A DNA stretch of 64,000 nucleotides, from NCBI RefSeq assembly GCF_036321535.1, contig NC_087437.1, positions 20,832,001-20,896,000 on the forward strand, read 5' to 3'. The notes under the pieces were generated by a model. The model was given only the letters and a program-made list of their open reading frames with translations, did no database searches and was not told the DNA's origin. This document shows, piece after piece, positions 1 through 13,229 of the stretch (position 1 is its first letter; every line of letters begins with the position of its first letter). The translations under genes were made by a program, and so were the position numbers. This DNA comes from Camelus dromedarius (Eukaryota).

Positions 1-348
1 ACATAGTGCAGACTTGAGAAGGTTACATGGCTCGGATTCCCGTCAGTTGTCTCCTCTGTCTGTGTGCCCCAGCAACACGCTCCACTGTGTGAATTCCATG
101 AAGGAGGCCAGTGAACCCTCTTGTCAGTGATTCTCAAACTTTTGCACCCAAGAACCTCTAATGGTAGAGGAGAGAAAACTTGGATCCTGGGAACTCTGGT
201 GGACGTGGCTCTAACAATTTGCCCCGAAGCACAAAATCTACTTTAAGTGTCCCATTTACCTTAGGAACCCAGGTATTCTTTGATTCTAGTAATAGCAGGA
301 CAGGAGACCTTAAACGGTGGTCTGCTTTGGCTACGTTTTAGTCAGCTC

Positions 349-840
349 TGTAATCGTTTTCCGTTGTTGCTGTAAAAATCACCACATACTTAGTGGCTTA
401 AAACACAGACTTATTATCTGGGTCATAAGTCTGACATGGGTCCCACTGGGCAAAAGTCAAGGTGTCATCAGTAGAGCTGTGTTTCTTCCTGAAGGATCCA
501 GAGAGCCCTCTCCCTGCCTTCTGCAGCTCTAGAATTTGGCCCCCTTCCTGGGCTTGGGGCCCTCGTCCTCCATCCTCAAAGCCAGCGGCGTGGTGTCCCC
601 ATGGCCCTTCCATAGCCACATCTCCCTCCCACTGACTACAGCTGGGACGGGCTCTCTGCTTTGAAAGACTCCTGTGATTACATTGTGCTCACCCAGCTAA
701 TCCAGCATAATCTCTCCATCTCAAGGTTCATGACCTTAATCACTTCTGCCAAGTCCCCTTTGCCACGTGAAGGAACATATTCACAAGTTCCAGGATTAGG
801 ATGTGGACATCTTTGGGAGGCTATTATTCTGCCTACTACA
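349..840 (-). mobile_element. ERVL-MaLR solo LTR (MLT1D-like)
   Basis: Ends in ...ggaggctattattctgcctactaca, the reverse complement of the MLT1 start TGTGGTAGGCAGAATAATGG. The internal motif gattacattgtgctcacccagctaatccagcataatctctccatctcaagg is typical of MLT1. Recognised from memory. Confidence 0.85.
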
Positions 841-3479
841 GTTGGTATGGCAAGAAGCCCTTGTGTCAATCCTAGGGAAGAAATAAAGGTAATTTCCCAT
901 CTTCCCGAGAGGGTAGCCAGGCCTGATGTATTTCTAGACACTTCTTGTCATCAAGGATCTAGACGATACTGTATATTGCCAAGGGTTAGCATCCCCCCCC
1001 CCCCAATCATGATATGCTTCTGAGAACTTTTACAAAAGAAAGAAGCTGGACAAGACTGTATTTGGGTGGGTTGAAAAGATGAGGCAACCTCTCTGGATAG
1101 ATGTTTGGCCTGGGAAGAAGCCCTTGTGGTTTCTGTGGGAAAGAAAGATGCAGTGGGGGAACAGAACATTAAAAAAAAAAAAGGCTTTGAGAGGGTTGGT
1201 CAGGGTCAGTCCTGGGAACACAGGTGTGGAGGGACCACAGGGCTGCCCTTGTGACTGAAACGCGTGGATCTGGGCAGTGATACTGGACCACTTATGCTGG
1301 GAAGAGGTAAACTCTGGCCTATGGGGGATGCCAGGATGCAGGGGTGCAGGGATGTGAGCACTGAAGAAGGTGGAACTCTGCTTGGGCTACTGCTCTTCTG
1401 TCCCTTAATATCTGAAGTCAGGCAGACCTCATGCTGTGAGGGTAGAGTCTTCTTTTCCCAGCCCTGTCTGCCTGCATTTGCAATACATAGTGCTTCTGTT
1501 TATTCAACTTCGACCTTATTTCGTGTGAACTAATTATCTTGGCCCTATTATGCAAGGAGAATTTTCTTCCATCTCTTGCCGGATTCCATCTCTTAGCTTC
1601 CATGCATTGGCAATTACTTCTCCCTGAACTCAGAAGAGCTGTGTAAGGGTGTGGTGCGTGCGTGGGGGTGCGTGCATAGGTGTGTGTTGAGGGATGGAGA
1701 CGTGGGAGGGTGAGAGCCCCCACCTCTCCTAAGTGCCTGTCCCTGTGCTTAACAGACAATAGGTTTCAAACATTAGTTCCCTTCCCTATACCTTCCTCAC
1801 TTTTTCCAACCACTTAGCTTCCCCCTAAACTCCAGAAATTTTTGTGACAACTGAAAACAGCCCCATGGAGTTCCCAAAGGCCTCCCAGGGGACAAGGTCA
1901 CCGTCATGGAGAACTTGTGCTCAGAGTCTGTGAGCGGAAGGCAGTGCCTGTCCTCAGCAGGGGCTGGGATGGCAGTTTCTGGTTTACTGGGGCCCCTGTG
2001 TGGGAAGAAGTTTCCTGGAACAACCCCCAACTGGCAGCCAGTTCTCTAAATAGTGACTATGATTTCTTACCAGTTAAAGCAATCACCTCTTGAACTCCTG
2101 CTATTCACGCTTTGGTCATGTTCTGCCCAAGGAGGGTAGGGGGTGGGGCTCATCTTAGAGGTTCTCCATTCTGCCTGCCCATCAGAATCACAGGGATCTT
2201 AAAAATAGTGACACCCAGAGAATCTGATTTAACTGGCTTGTTAGTTCAGGCAGTCTAATGCTCCCGGTGACCAGCCAGCAATGCCAACCAGTTACCAGGA
2301 GACTGTGAATAACCTTGAGGCTGGGGTGGGAGTGAGGCTAGCAGCATTGAAATAAATGCTTCCCATTAGCTGGGGAAATTTCTTCATTAGCTCCTCCCCT
2401 TTCATTTATTCTACTCTTTCTCCCTTTCTCCCTTCTACCCATTTTTATTATAATGATTCAGAATTAATTGTACTGTCCCCTTTTGAACAAAAGAGAGCTA
2501 TTATTCCATTGCAGCAAAGGGTGAGGATGAAAAAAACAGCACAGTCTACAGCTATTTAATGTTTTTATTTCCTCTTGGCTTGAAAGACTTGCAACGGAGC
2601 AGAGGGGAGTTGGGGTGAGACACTCAGACCCCGGGAAAATAGGAAATGAGTCAGTGTCCAGTCTGGCCCAGCCTGGCCCACTCCATGTAGACAGCTATCA
2701 GACTTTCTAGAAAGCACAGGCTGAAGGCATCTCTCAAACTCTCCGGGTTTCCTTTATGGTTTAATGCTCACATCTGAAGGAGACGAAGACTCAAGGCTTC
2801 TCCACACACCCCGTAGATTTCAGAATCTCTGAAAGAAGGCACTGTCTACTGTGAAGGTTTTAATCTGCCGTCTGCCAGGAGGAAATTAGTGTGGGAAAAC
2901 AGCCAGCTCGGCGCTTCCACTACTAGCTTTTATACAGGAAGAATCAAAGAGCTAGTCTTCATTTTTTGCGAAGCCCGGGTTTCAGAATATTATTCTTTTA
3001 TAGTCTCCTGAAATTTACCAACGAATTTTAAACTCAGGCAGTGTTGGTTTAAAAGCCATACACAGTCTGTGAGTTGCAGCATTTATGCCATTGTGGAAAC
3101 TGTGGTTGTGTATCTTAGACTACATGCCCCTAGTGTTAGGATTAGAGATAAAATGAGAGGAAGGAAATCGTTTTCACTTCTAAAGGCTGGTTGATGTGTT
3201 TCTTGATTTAAAAAAAAAAAACAAACGTGGTTTAATTGATAGCTATATTAGCAATAGTTTATGGTTCATTTGAACCTGATCTTAACCAATTAAGATAGAC
3301 CTGGCTCAACTGGCCAAGATTATGGCTCCAATTTAATCTGAGTGCAAACAGAGCTATAGAGGCTTACGTACACATGTTCATATTATACATGGACACTTGC
3401 ATAGTTAACCTAAGGAAAGTCCATACTGTATTTAATACTATGTACATGTTGTACAGGTCTTGGGCCCATTGGTTTCAGG

Positions 3480-3930
3480 TCCATTCCTCACCTTCCCCTG
3501 TTCTGCTCTGTGTCTCAGGGGGGCTGGCCATTGCAGAGTTTTCCCAGGCTGCCAGGTCACCTGGGTTCCAGCCGGGCTCAGCCAGTGAGAAGCACTGGAC
3601 TGGGGGAAGGGAAAGGCCAGGGTGTCTCTCTCCCAGGAAGCCTTCTGCCCTTCTATGATTTCTGACAGTGGCTGTAGCAAGGCTCCAGACCCTGCCACAA
3701 AGGCCAGCTGTGGTTCCATCTGCCATCAGCGACCCCAGCCACTGAGCCCTGGTAACACCATCTCCTCTGATTTTTCCAGGCTTGGAAGTGACTTCCCACT
3801 GTCACTAATCTAAACTTCTCAGATCATCCATCAACTATGTAACCAACTCCCTGCATTAAATTCCCTCTGTTATGAATATGTGTAGTAATTTCTGTTGTTC
3901 TGGTTAGATCCTGATAACCAGACTGATAAC
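3480..3930 (+). mobile_element. ancient ERVL LTR (LTR33-like) fragment
   Basis: The 3' part gtaaccaactccctgcattaaattccctctgtt...tttctgttgttctgg...gactgataaca resembles LTR33-type LTR ends. Boundaries approximate. Confidence 0.5.
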
Positions 3931-6900
3931 ATATGTCATGCTAAAATGTATTTTTCTTTAACATGGATTAACTGTTAGCAAATTCTCTAATTAGGGTTGT
4001 GGTTACCAATCTGTTGTTGTCTATAATTATTTGTTTGAAGGGCAGTTCATAATCTATTAAAGTTATTACTTGCCACTAAATTTTTTAAAAGCTTAAATTT
4101 CAAAAATGGTTGTAAATTCTACCATCTTGAACTTCAAAGCAGAAGCCTAAGTTTACTCAATGCATTCCTATGCTACATGTAATGGAAATCGTGCATCATA
4201 AGTCAACGAATGATTTTTATTCGTAATAGAACCACTTCTATTTTGTATTTTGCAGAAATAGCTCACATTCATTCTTGAGCTAATATGCATACTGACTTCC
4301 AGCAATAGCATCATGCAGGAATGATCTGGTAATAGTTACAGTAAAGGAAATACTCATAATAACTACTTTGAAACTGGGAAGTAATTCATGTCTCCCTCTT
4401 TAAGTGATTTATCTTTATCATTACTTGCAGTATCTTTCCTGAACCTTTGCCTAAAATGCTCTCTCCTGCTGACTGCAAATTCAGATGGACTGTATCGTTC
4501 CAGGAGGGGAATGCATTAGTAGACTATCTTCTAAGATCCCTCCCTCAACTATAGCAAGTCACTTTGGCTACCAATTCCTTTCCACCCTCCCTCCCTCCTC
4601 TTGCTTAAAGGACCCTACAAGTAAAAGAAAAGCAAGTAAAAGGGACAGAATTTCAAACATGGAACCTGGCACTGTGTCTGTCAAGAGAGTATATGGATGT
4701 CTGATTAAAGATGGCAGATTAAGCATGCTTGATTTTATCCTTGCCAAAACCCCACTAAAATGGTAATATGACATTTAAAAAGTGATAAATACCCAGTAAT
4801 AGCAGAGGGACTCTCAGCAGATAAGAGATTTCAAAGAATTTCTGGAGAGTAGACAGTGGGTAAGGAGTGATGGCAGAAGAAAGAGAACAGAGGCAACTAA
4901 ACTTATATTACATGAGTGGGAGGCTGGAGGAGGGTAGAACAGAACTTGGGACACTAGGAAATTCATAAATATCAGCTGAGTGAGTGATAGGGCTGAAACT
5001 ATGGTGACTGATAAAATGGCTCAGGGAAGCAGTTGGCCTCCCACCCCACGTGGCAGTCAAATAGGCTCTGCATCACCCCTCCCAATAAAAAACAACAGTC
5101 TTGTTCTCCTCTCTACAAAATGTAATGACCCCAAAGATAAGACCCTAACATGCAGGGATTTTTGAGTTCCCTAACTGGGACTCTGCCAAGTAATCATAGT
5201 AAAAGCAATAGAAGCAGGAAATAGTTAGATAGCACTGTAACATATACATCATTAATTCATTTAATGTTCACAGCAACTCTAGGAGAAACTGAAGAACAGA
5301 GTGATTACTAAGTAGCCTAAGATCACACAGCAAGTAACTGGCAGAACTAGATCACCACAAGGTAAAGGCCCAACTAATAAGCCTCATCTACGTGCAAAAA
5401 AAAAGTACCAATGAGCATCTTACTGCCTCAGTCTGAAGTAGAAACAACCGAGGATGACCAGATACTTGACAAAAGGCCGCAACATGAAAGATAGATAAAA
5501 ATAAACACAAGAGTGACCAAGAGGAAAGAGTAAAGACTCGAACCAGAAAAGAAGAAAGAAACTTCCAATTACTATCCTCAGAGAAATCTGAAAAGATATT
5601 GCATCATAAAAGAACAGGATGCAATGGAAAAGAAATTATCAAAGAAGTGTAAATAGCACCTGGAAATTAAAAACACATTTATAGTAAAAAAAATTCAACG
5701 GAAACATTAGGATGTAAATTCAAAGAAATCTCCCAGAGAAAGGACAGAGATGGAAATCGTAAGAGAAAAAAGTCTTAGAGGGCTAATCCAGGATATCCCA
5801 CACCTGACTAATAGAAGTTACAAGAAAGAAAAATTGGATAATGGGAAATACAAGGTGTTTCCCAGAGGTGAAAGACATGAGTCTCCTAGACATTTAATCA
5901 TTAAATTTATACATTGAGGATACATAAAAAGTCCTCTGTGACATTTGTAATCTGTTCTGCGGCTAAAACCAAGTCTTCAGTGCTCTCTCAATAGCCTAGG
6001 AGTTGAAAAGGAATAACAGGGTCTACGTTATTGTGACCATGAAAATACTGTGTGCCATTAGGCTAGTCATCACTCTATTTTGCATCCCTTACCTCAGCTC
6101 AGACAAACCAAAGAACCCTCCTCCAACCCACACCCGTTAGAAGAAGGAAAAAAGGAAGGAATTCTAGAAACTTCTCATTGAATGTCTTCACTTATGTTGC
6201 TGAACAGAGAGCAGAAATTGACATTGGAACTCAGGGTGGAAAACTGAGAACCAATCACCTGCCAGAGCAATAGCTATTTCACTAAAGAGAGAACAGCCAT
6301 TCCTGTGCATGTCTGCCTCTCGCAGTGGATTTTAGAAACCTTGTCACTCATTGTTGAAGTCTGCACCTTCATCAGTTGTCTGACTCCAGGGACGCTCAGT
6401 TGCAGAACAACATGGTCGTCAGCCAACTTCTGCAGTTGGCGGCATGACTACCTTATGAAGTCAGCACTTGGGTACCTGGTCTTAAGTTTCCCAAGTTTCT
6501 ACAACCCAGACCCTCCTGATTGGACTTGTCAATTTCCTAAGTCAATAATCCCTTCACTCTCCTTTACCAATAGTGTGGATTGAGTCGCGTCAAAGTATAA
6601 AAACCTCTTTAGAAGTTCTATGCACAATACATACAACACTTGCATCTCAAAGTCAGCTTTATTTTTAATATGGAAATGAATATATGTATGTATATGCATG
6701 ACTGGGATATTGTGCTGTACACCAGAACTTGACACATTGTAATTGATGGTACTTCAATTTTTTAAAAAGTCAACTTTTTAAAATACTATAAGCATCATTA
6801 CAGAGAAATCATTACTAAAGCAGAGACTTTCTAACATTTGGCATCTCCCATGGGAGATGCCTGCTAATCCTCCTTCAACTCTGCCCTCATCATGTAATTC

Positions 6901-6999
6901 CCATTCTGGAAACTCAAGCACCTCATATCTGAACTCTGCTGCCCAGCATTGAAAGCCATCCACAATCTGGTCGCACCCTCCTAATCTAACTCTTCCTGT

Positions 7000-7330
7000 T
7001 CCCTATTACTCCCAATGTGCATCATCTCCCTGACAACCAGGCAGTGAGCATCCTCACCTCTGTTCCTTTTCTAGCCAACTGGAATCAGGAAATTGAATGG
7101 GGCAAGGGTTTCCTCCCAGAACCCCTCCTCCGGGAAGACTTCCCTGACTTATCCAGTCCTGTGGCTCTCTGGGCACCCCTTGTTTTACCTACCAGCTTGG
7201 CCCCATTGTGCACTTCACGGCCCATAGTCTAGATCCAGGAAACTGGTTCCTTCCTCCTGGAAGGACCCATATCTTTTACTTCTCTGTATCTGCAGAGTTC
7301 CTATCACATTGCCAGTTTGTGTAGTGGGTG
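7000..7330 (+). mobile_element. L2 LINE 3' fragment
   Basis: Pyrimidine-rich body followed by ttttacttctctgtatctgcagagttcctatcacattgcc, a typical L2 3' end. Confidence 0.5.
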
Positions 7331-10300
7331 TTACTTGAAAACTCGGAGTCAAAGGAAATAAATCCCTTTGCCTGGGGACTCACAGTTCATCCAGGTTTTC
7401 CCCAGTTGTTCCTCTCAGGCACTGGGAGAGTTTCCAGTGTCGTCAAGATCTAGGTCTAAGCTAGTGGCTCCAATTCCTTGTCTCATTTTCATGATTCTTC
7501 TTGAAGATCCTATTTCTATCTTTTTTAAAAATGGAGAATAGACCACTTGAGACGATCCTAAGAACTCATGTTTCCACCAAATTAATATATGCATGTTATA
7601 AATGAAACTATACATGTTGTTTAGATAAGAGAGAGTATCTAAGGGTTGAAGATTATAATCAGAGGAAGGAGTTAAGGAAGCTCTGCCCAAAAGGCAAGAA
7701 CCTCTTGGCTAATGATCCAATCAAGATGTCAGCATCCAGGAAAACTCATGCAGATGGACACCCTGGAATGTCTGCACCAGCTTTTATATCCCCTGGGTGA
7801 GCCACAGCCGTCCCCTACCTCCCCAGGAGAACTTCCAAAACCAGCAGGAATAACAGCAAAAAAACTATATTGAGAAGCAATGCTCAGAGGCATATGGTGA
7901 CAAATTTCCCCAGGAGATAAGGGTAGTTGAGGGGATCTAAGACCCCACCAACACCACCTACTTTGGAGAGGGGGGATTGGAAGTAAAGCAGTATGAATGG
8001 AGGCTGGCCAGAAGTTAAGGGAAGGCAAAGGATCCAGCTGGTTTCAGCAGCTCCTGTGATTCTGTACAAGTCACAGTGAGGAGGGTGCTGAGAAATGGCG
8101 AGTTAACATAGAAGAACCCGGCTCCCTCCACAGACTGCTGGTCTTGATTGCCACGATGGCCGTATTACATACAAAGTTTACTGCACAGGTGCTATTGAGA
8201 ATTTACTAAATTAAAATTAGAGCAACAGGACATTAAAACCCACTTGCAGAAGAACAGGAAAAAAAAAAAAAGGCAAGATCCCCTCTATTCCAAGGAGGAA
8301 TTCCATAGATTGCATTACAGAGAGAAACGTGGGTGACAGGTGAGAATCGCTCCACAATGCCCAGGTGCAGAGGATGCCGCATTGTTGTATTTCTTTAAAA
8401 TCAGATTAAACTTGGTTTCATATTTCTCACTCTCCAAGGTTGGGGAAGAATCTAATATTATGATGACTGGGTCTCCTGGGCTCTCATTGGCCCAGGAAAG
8501 TGGGGGCATCCTGATTTGTAGGCCACGCCAGGTGCCACAGTTACCAGGGCTCCTCTGCTACCCCATGTGCTGGCCTTTTCTGGCATGCAGGGAGAACCTG
8601 GGAGGACCATGGAGAGGCTTCTTGGCGCTGTATCCTCTCCACTGGCCACGGGTTATCCCCGGGATAACCTAGCCAGGCTCTCAGAGCAGGATTATGGAGT
8701 GTCCAGCCACCATAGGCTTTCAAGTAACCTCTCACGTCAGTTCCTGCAGGGATGGTGGGACACAGACCCCCTACAGCCCCAGAAGCCTGCACCCACTGCC
8801 CCTACACACGTGCCTGCACGCGGGCACGCACACGTGCACATGCGCGTAAAGACATCTCCATCTCAGGGAAGCCACCCATAAGGCTGGGCCAAATTTCCCT
8901 CCTTTAAAAGCAGCAACTATTTCCGCCATCCTGAATTTTCTTCTTAACAAGACTGGTTTCCATTCAAAGATCAGAGTGAAGGGGCCTTAACCTGGGGCCT
9001 AGAAACCTCTCTGGGTAAGACTTCAAAGCACAAAGGGCTATTTCTTTTTCCCCTGAGGAAGGGAAAGGCCAGAACTTAAAACTCAAGGCCGACAAGAAAA
9101 CTACCCTATTGTTCCTTTTTTGCTGATAAGGGCACAGCAGTAAAAAGGATAAGACAGCGATTAACTTCGCCATCCCTCTCTGTTTCCTGGGTGAACACTG
9201 AGCATGTGGTGTGTGTGTTTGCGTGTGTGGTGGAGGTGGGGGTATGGTGGCTAAAAGCATTAACACAGGGGATCTGGACCCCTGATGGAATCTCCAAGGC
9301 AGCTTAGCAGAGAAGCCAGGAAAGAAACCTGAGCCACATGTCTGCAAGCATTAACTGTAGCAGGTGCCAATGTGTCCTGTGACCATTTGAAATGAGGAAA
9401 TGGCAATTTGCAAAGATTTCCTGACGGCTGGTGTGAGGAACAGGACTGCTGGTCTAGTGGCCGGGGTTGGGGGGAGGCAGGAGGGCCTGTAGACCCTACA
9501 GTCCGCTCACAAAGCTCTACAGTCTGTTCGGGGGCTGAGCCTGAGGGGACGCCTTTCCCTAACTCATCAAATGTGTTACAGGACTGATGTGTCCCTATTT
9601 AGGAAGGACAGTGGGATGAGGGAAAATACCAGGCTCAGGAAAAGCCTGTGTATTTGGTGGAATGTAAAGATGATAAAACTCTACACCAAAACCCAACTCA
9701 CATTAAAGCAGGGAAACAAACAGCAGGGAAGTGAAAATCATTCATAACTGACCCTTGAACAGGGGGAGTTATGCAGGAGGAAATCAGGACGCAGTAGCTC
9801 CCCATCCTCCCCTCCCCTCCCCCGCCCTCCCTGCAGAGCTAGGCAGTTGGCCATGCACCATGTTAAGAAGAAGCCCGGTAATATGGCTAATATCAGTCCA
9901 GGCGGGAAAAAAAAAAAAAAAGGAGAATTTTTGAATTCTTACTTAAAGAGATAGTTAGGTAGCACGGCCTATAGGAGATCCTGATCCTGAGCTGAGCTCT
10001 CTACAAAAGTGTCCTCTCAAATGTCAGAGAGATATTAAAGATACACACCATGCAGTGCAGTGTGGGTTAATGCCCTGTTGTCATGGGCCATCTTAGCTCC
10101 TTGGAGCCCCCAGTACTGAGCATCCTAAACTTCTGGGAACGCACAGGAGATCCTTATTTTTGATCTGAAGAGAGATTCACAGTTTACTAAATTAAAAAAA
10201 GCAAGTTGCAAAGTAACCCACCTTTTGTACAACAAGCAAAGTGAAAAGAATCCTCTGTGTGTGGACTGATGCTTGTCCTGGTGAGCACATGGAGAAGCGG

Positions 10301-10641
10301 AGGAACAGCCTAAGTATTACCATGGGAAACTGGCATTTTTGTAAGTCGAAAATGATCTAAAACAGGCATTTTAATATAGTACCAGCTAATAAACCACCAA
10401 GGATGTTAACATTGATTATACAGAGTGATAGAAAGCCTTTTATTATATTGCTTTTAATTATAACCATGTATTGCTCCTGAATTTTTTGCAATTCTGATAA
10501 AAAAACATTTTAAAAGAGATGAAAGAAAGCACCTAGCTTGAGCCATCAAAAGCCATGAATAAGCTTCAAGTCCTTGTTTATGTGTCAATTATATCTCAGG
10601 AAAGCTGGGGGAGAAAAAGCTACAAATTCTTGGGAGGGTCA

Positions 10642-10866
10642 CACCATTTCTCTAATCCACCTCATCACTATTGACATTTGGGGCTGGATAATTCTTTGTT
10701 GGGGTGGGGAACTGTTCTGTGTGTTGTAGGATGGTTAGCAGCATCCCTGGCTTCTTTGTATTCATGACAGCAGCATCCCAACCCTGGCCAAATGACAGCC
10801 AGAAATGTTTACAGGCGTTGCCAAATGTTCCCTGGGGGGCAGAATTGCCCCCGTTGGGAACACTTC
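10642..10866 (-). mobile_element. MER20 hAT-Charlie DNA transposon
   Basis: Near full-length match to the MER20 consensus in reverse: actattgacatttggggctggataattctttgttgggg...ttgccaaatgttccctggggggcagaattgccccc. Confidence 0.9.
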
Positions 10867-10996
10867 TCTAGTCCTCAATTTCTCGTCAATGAAGGGAAAC
10901 CTTGAGCCAAGTCCTCACCACGCTCCCTTGAAGCACCAACATTCTCTGATTCTATCAGTACGGAATCTTTGTGCTTTCCAGAAGCTATTTTCCTCC

Positions 10997-11016
10997 AGAG
11001 CCACTAGAGGGAGCAC
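10997..11016 (+). promoter_or_regulatory. candidate CTCF site
   Basis: AGAGCCACTAGAGGGAGCAC fits the CTCF core GCCAC(C/T)AG(A/G)GGGCGC with essentially one departure. Motif only. Confidence 0.55.
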
Positions 11017-11906
11017 TCTGCAATACAAAGGACAAAACACAGCCCTAGGGGAACTTGTTTTCCCTCCTTGGTGGACTTTGCTGTCTCTGTTCCCAATGCC
11101 CCCAGCCTTTAATAAATAGCCTTTGATGTGGAGAGTGATAACCCTTAACCACAAGGCATGAAGAGCTATTTGTCTTGTGCTTTGTGCCATAAAAGTCGTT
11201 GTTTTTAGATATGGTGGAAGAGTGCAAAATGTTCTTTGCTTTTTCAACATTCTTTGTGAGGCAGTTAGATGAATCACATCACTAAAAAGAAGTTACGCAT
11301 CTCCATGAAGAAAGTCTGTGGGACAACTAGGCTGAGAGGTGGAAGATCTAGTTTTCTTCCTGATCCTGCCACTTCTAGGCTGTGTGATGCTGGCCAAGTC
11401 TCTTAACCTTTCTGGTTACATATAATAGAGCTGAGATAGGCTGAGAAGTTGAGTTACGTGCTTGAGGTTACATACTGAGTGAAAGGATGGTCAAGGATGG
11501 ATTTGGATCTAAGCTGTTGACTTCATGGGATAGTTGTGAGAATCAAATGAGATGGAGTAGGTGAGAAAGTTTTGAAAAATCAAAAACCCCACACAAGTTC
11601 AAGGTGTTGATTTGCAGCTATTGTGGGAGTGAGAGAAGGTGATGGCTGAGAGGTAGCATGGTGGGGGGTGGGCAGGGAGGGAACCAGGTTAAGGTATGTC
11701 CACACAGGTAACAGAAGATATTCCTCCATCGACGTGTTAAATTACAGGAAACGGTCTCAATGTCCCCAAATCCTTTACTAATGATGGAACATAAGGTTTC
11801 AATCCCCATCAAAATGGACAGGCCACTTGGAGGGGTGTTATTTTACTCCCTTATGAGATATTTAAACACCTTAATGAAAATGAGAGGTCTACCTCCAATA
11901 CTGCTT

Positions 11907-12117
11907 TTTTTAAATTGAAGTATAGTCGGTTACAGTGTGTCAATTTCTGGTGTACAGAATAATGTCCCAGTCATGCATATATATACATATATTTGTTTTC
12001 ATATTTTTTTCATTGAAGGTTATTACAAGATACTGAATAGAGTTCCCTGTGCTATACAGAAGAAATTTGTTTTTTATCTATTTTTTATATATAGTGGTTA
12101 ACATTTGCAAATCTCAA
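11907..12117 (-). mobile_element. 5'-truncated young L1 3' tail (camelid-type)
   Basis: T-rich end, then ttgaagtatagtcggttacagtgtgtcaatttctggtgtacag...gttccctgtgctatacagaagaaattt. Flanked by near-identical a(t/c)actg(c/t)tttttt, consistent with a TSD. Confidence 0.8.
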
Positions 12118-13229
12118 CACTGTTTTTTAAACTTTTTAAAAATCTTGAACCATAGTAAGAAATATGTTTCACAGAGAGACCCAGCTCACACACATATAAA
12201 ACTAAAACAAATGTCTTACTTGTAATACACTTGGATTTTTTCTATTCTGTTTTCTTTTATTCTGTCACTTGAAACCATTGCTGGTTGTGACCCAATAGGT
12301 AGTGGGTCCTGACATGCAATTTTAAAACCAATGTTCTAGGAATTTTTGTGGGAGGAGAGGAGGAAAGCTGGGTCCTGGTGCTGGGTGAGGGAGGAAACAG
12401 GAGCTGTGCCTCTCAAGCATTCCTCAGAGCCTCAAAGATGAACTTTTTACACTTTTCTGGGGGCTGATTCTTTGAGGAATGATTCAGGAGGAAGGAAAAA
12501 AAAGCAACAGTCCCAGATTCACCTAAATGAGTGAGGATGGGCCACTGGGCAGTGGGCTCCAGGCTGGATTCTGAGAGGTCCTCAGCTAGACCCACCCTAT
12601 TGACATCAAATACAGGTGGGCATGACGGAACCACCACCACAATGAAAACTAAAACCCCTGCATTTAGTGAGCCCTTATTACACGTCAGACATTTCACTAA
12701 GCACCTGATACGAGTGATGGGATGTAAATGAAGTTCAAGTGCTCCCTGCGTTTCCTTTCTTCCTGCCCACTAAGAGGCATTCTGGCTTTGCCTATCCAGT
12801 TTCTTTCCTTGCCCCATCCAGAAGGAGAACTGGACAGAAGTAGAAGGACTGGAGGAACGTTGGTTAGGGCTGGAGAAAAAGCTTTGTAGGGACCCTGGGA
12901 GAAAGATGGAGGGTGGGGCTGAAGCTGTGGGATATAAGGGGCTTGGATAGGAAGGGAAAAGGGATGTTAATAACAATTGCAGGGGGCTCTGGATGATGTT
13001 TGAGAAATGCAAGTACTGAATACCAATTCATCTGAAGTTACTTTTCGGTGACTGGACTGGGTTTCTCAGACTGACACCACCCTGAGACTGGCCCATGTGG
13101 GTCAAGGTCTCATAAGGTTATGTATGCATTATTTTATTTAATCTGCATTACAAACCCAGGAGGTGGTATTTTTTTTCAGATTAGAAAAGGAGGCTGATAT
13201 ATACTAAGTAACCTTAGAGTCATATAGCT

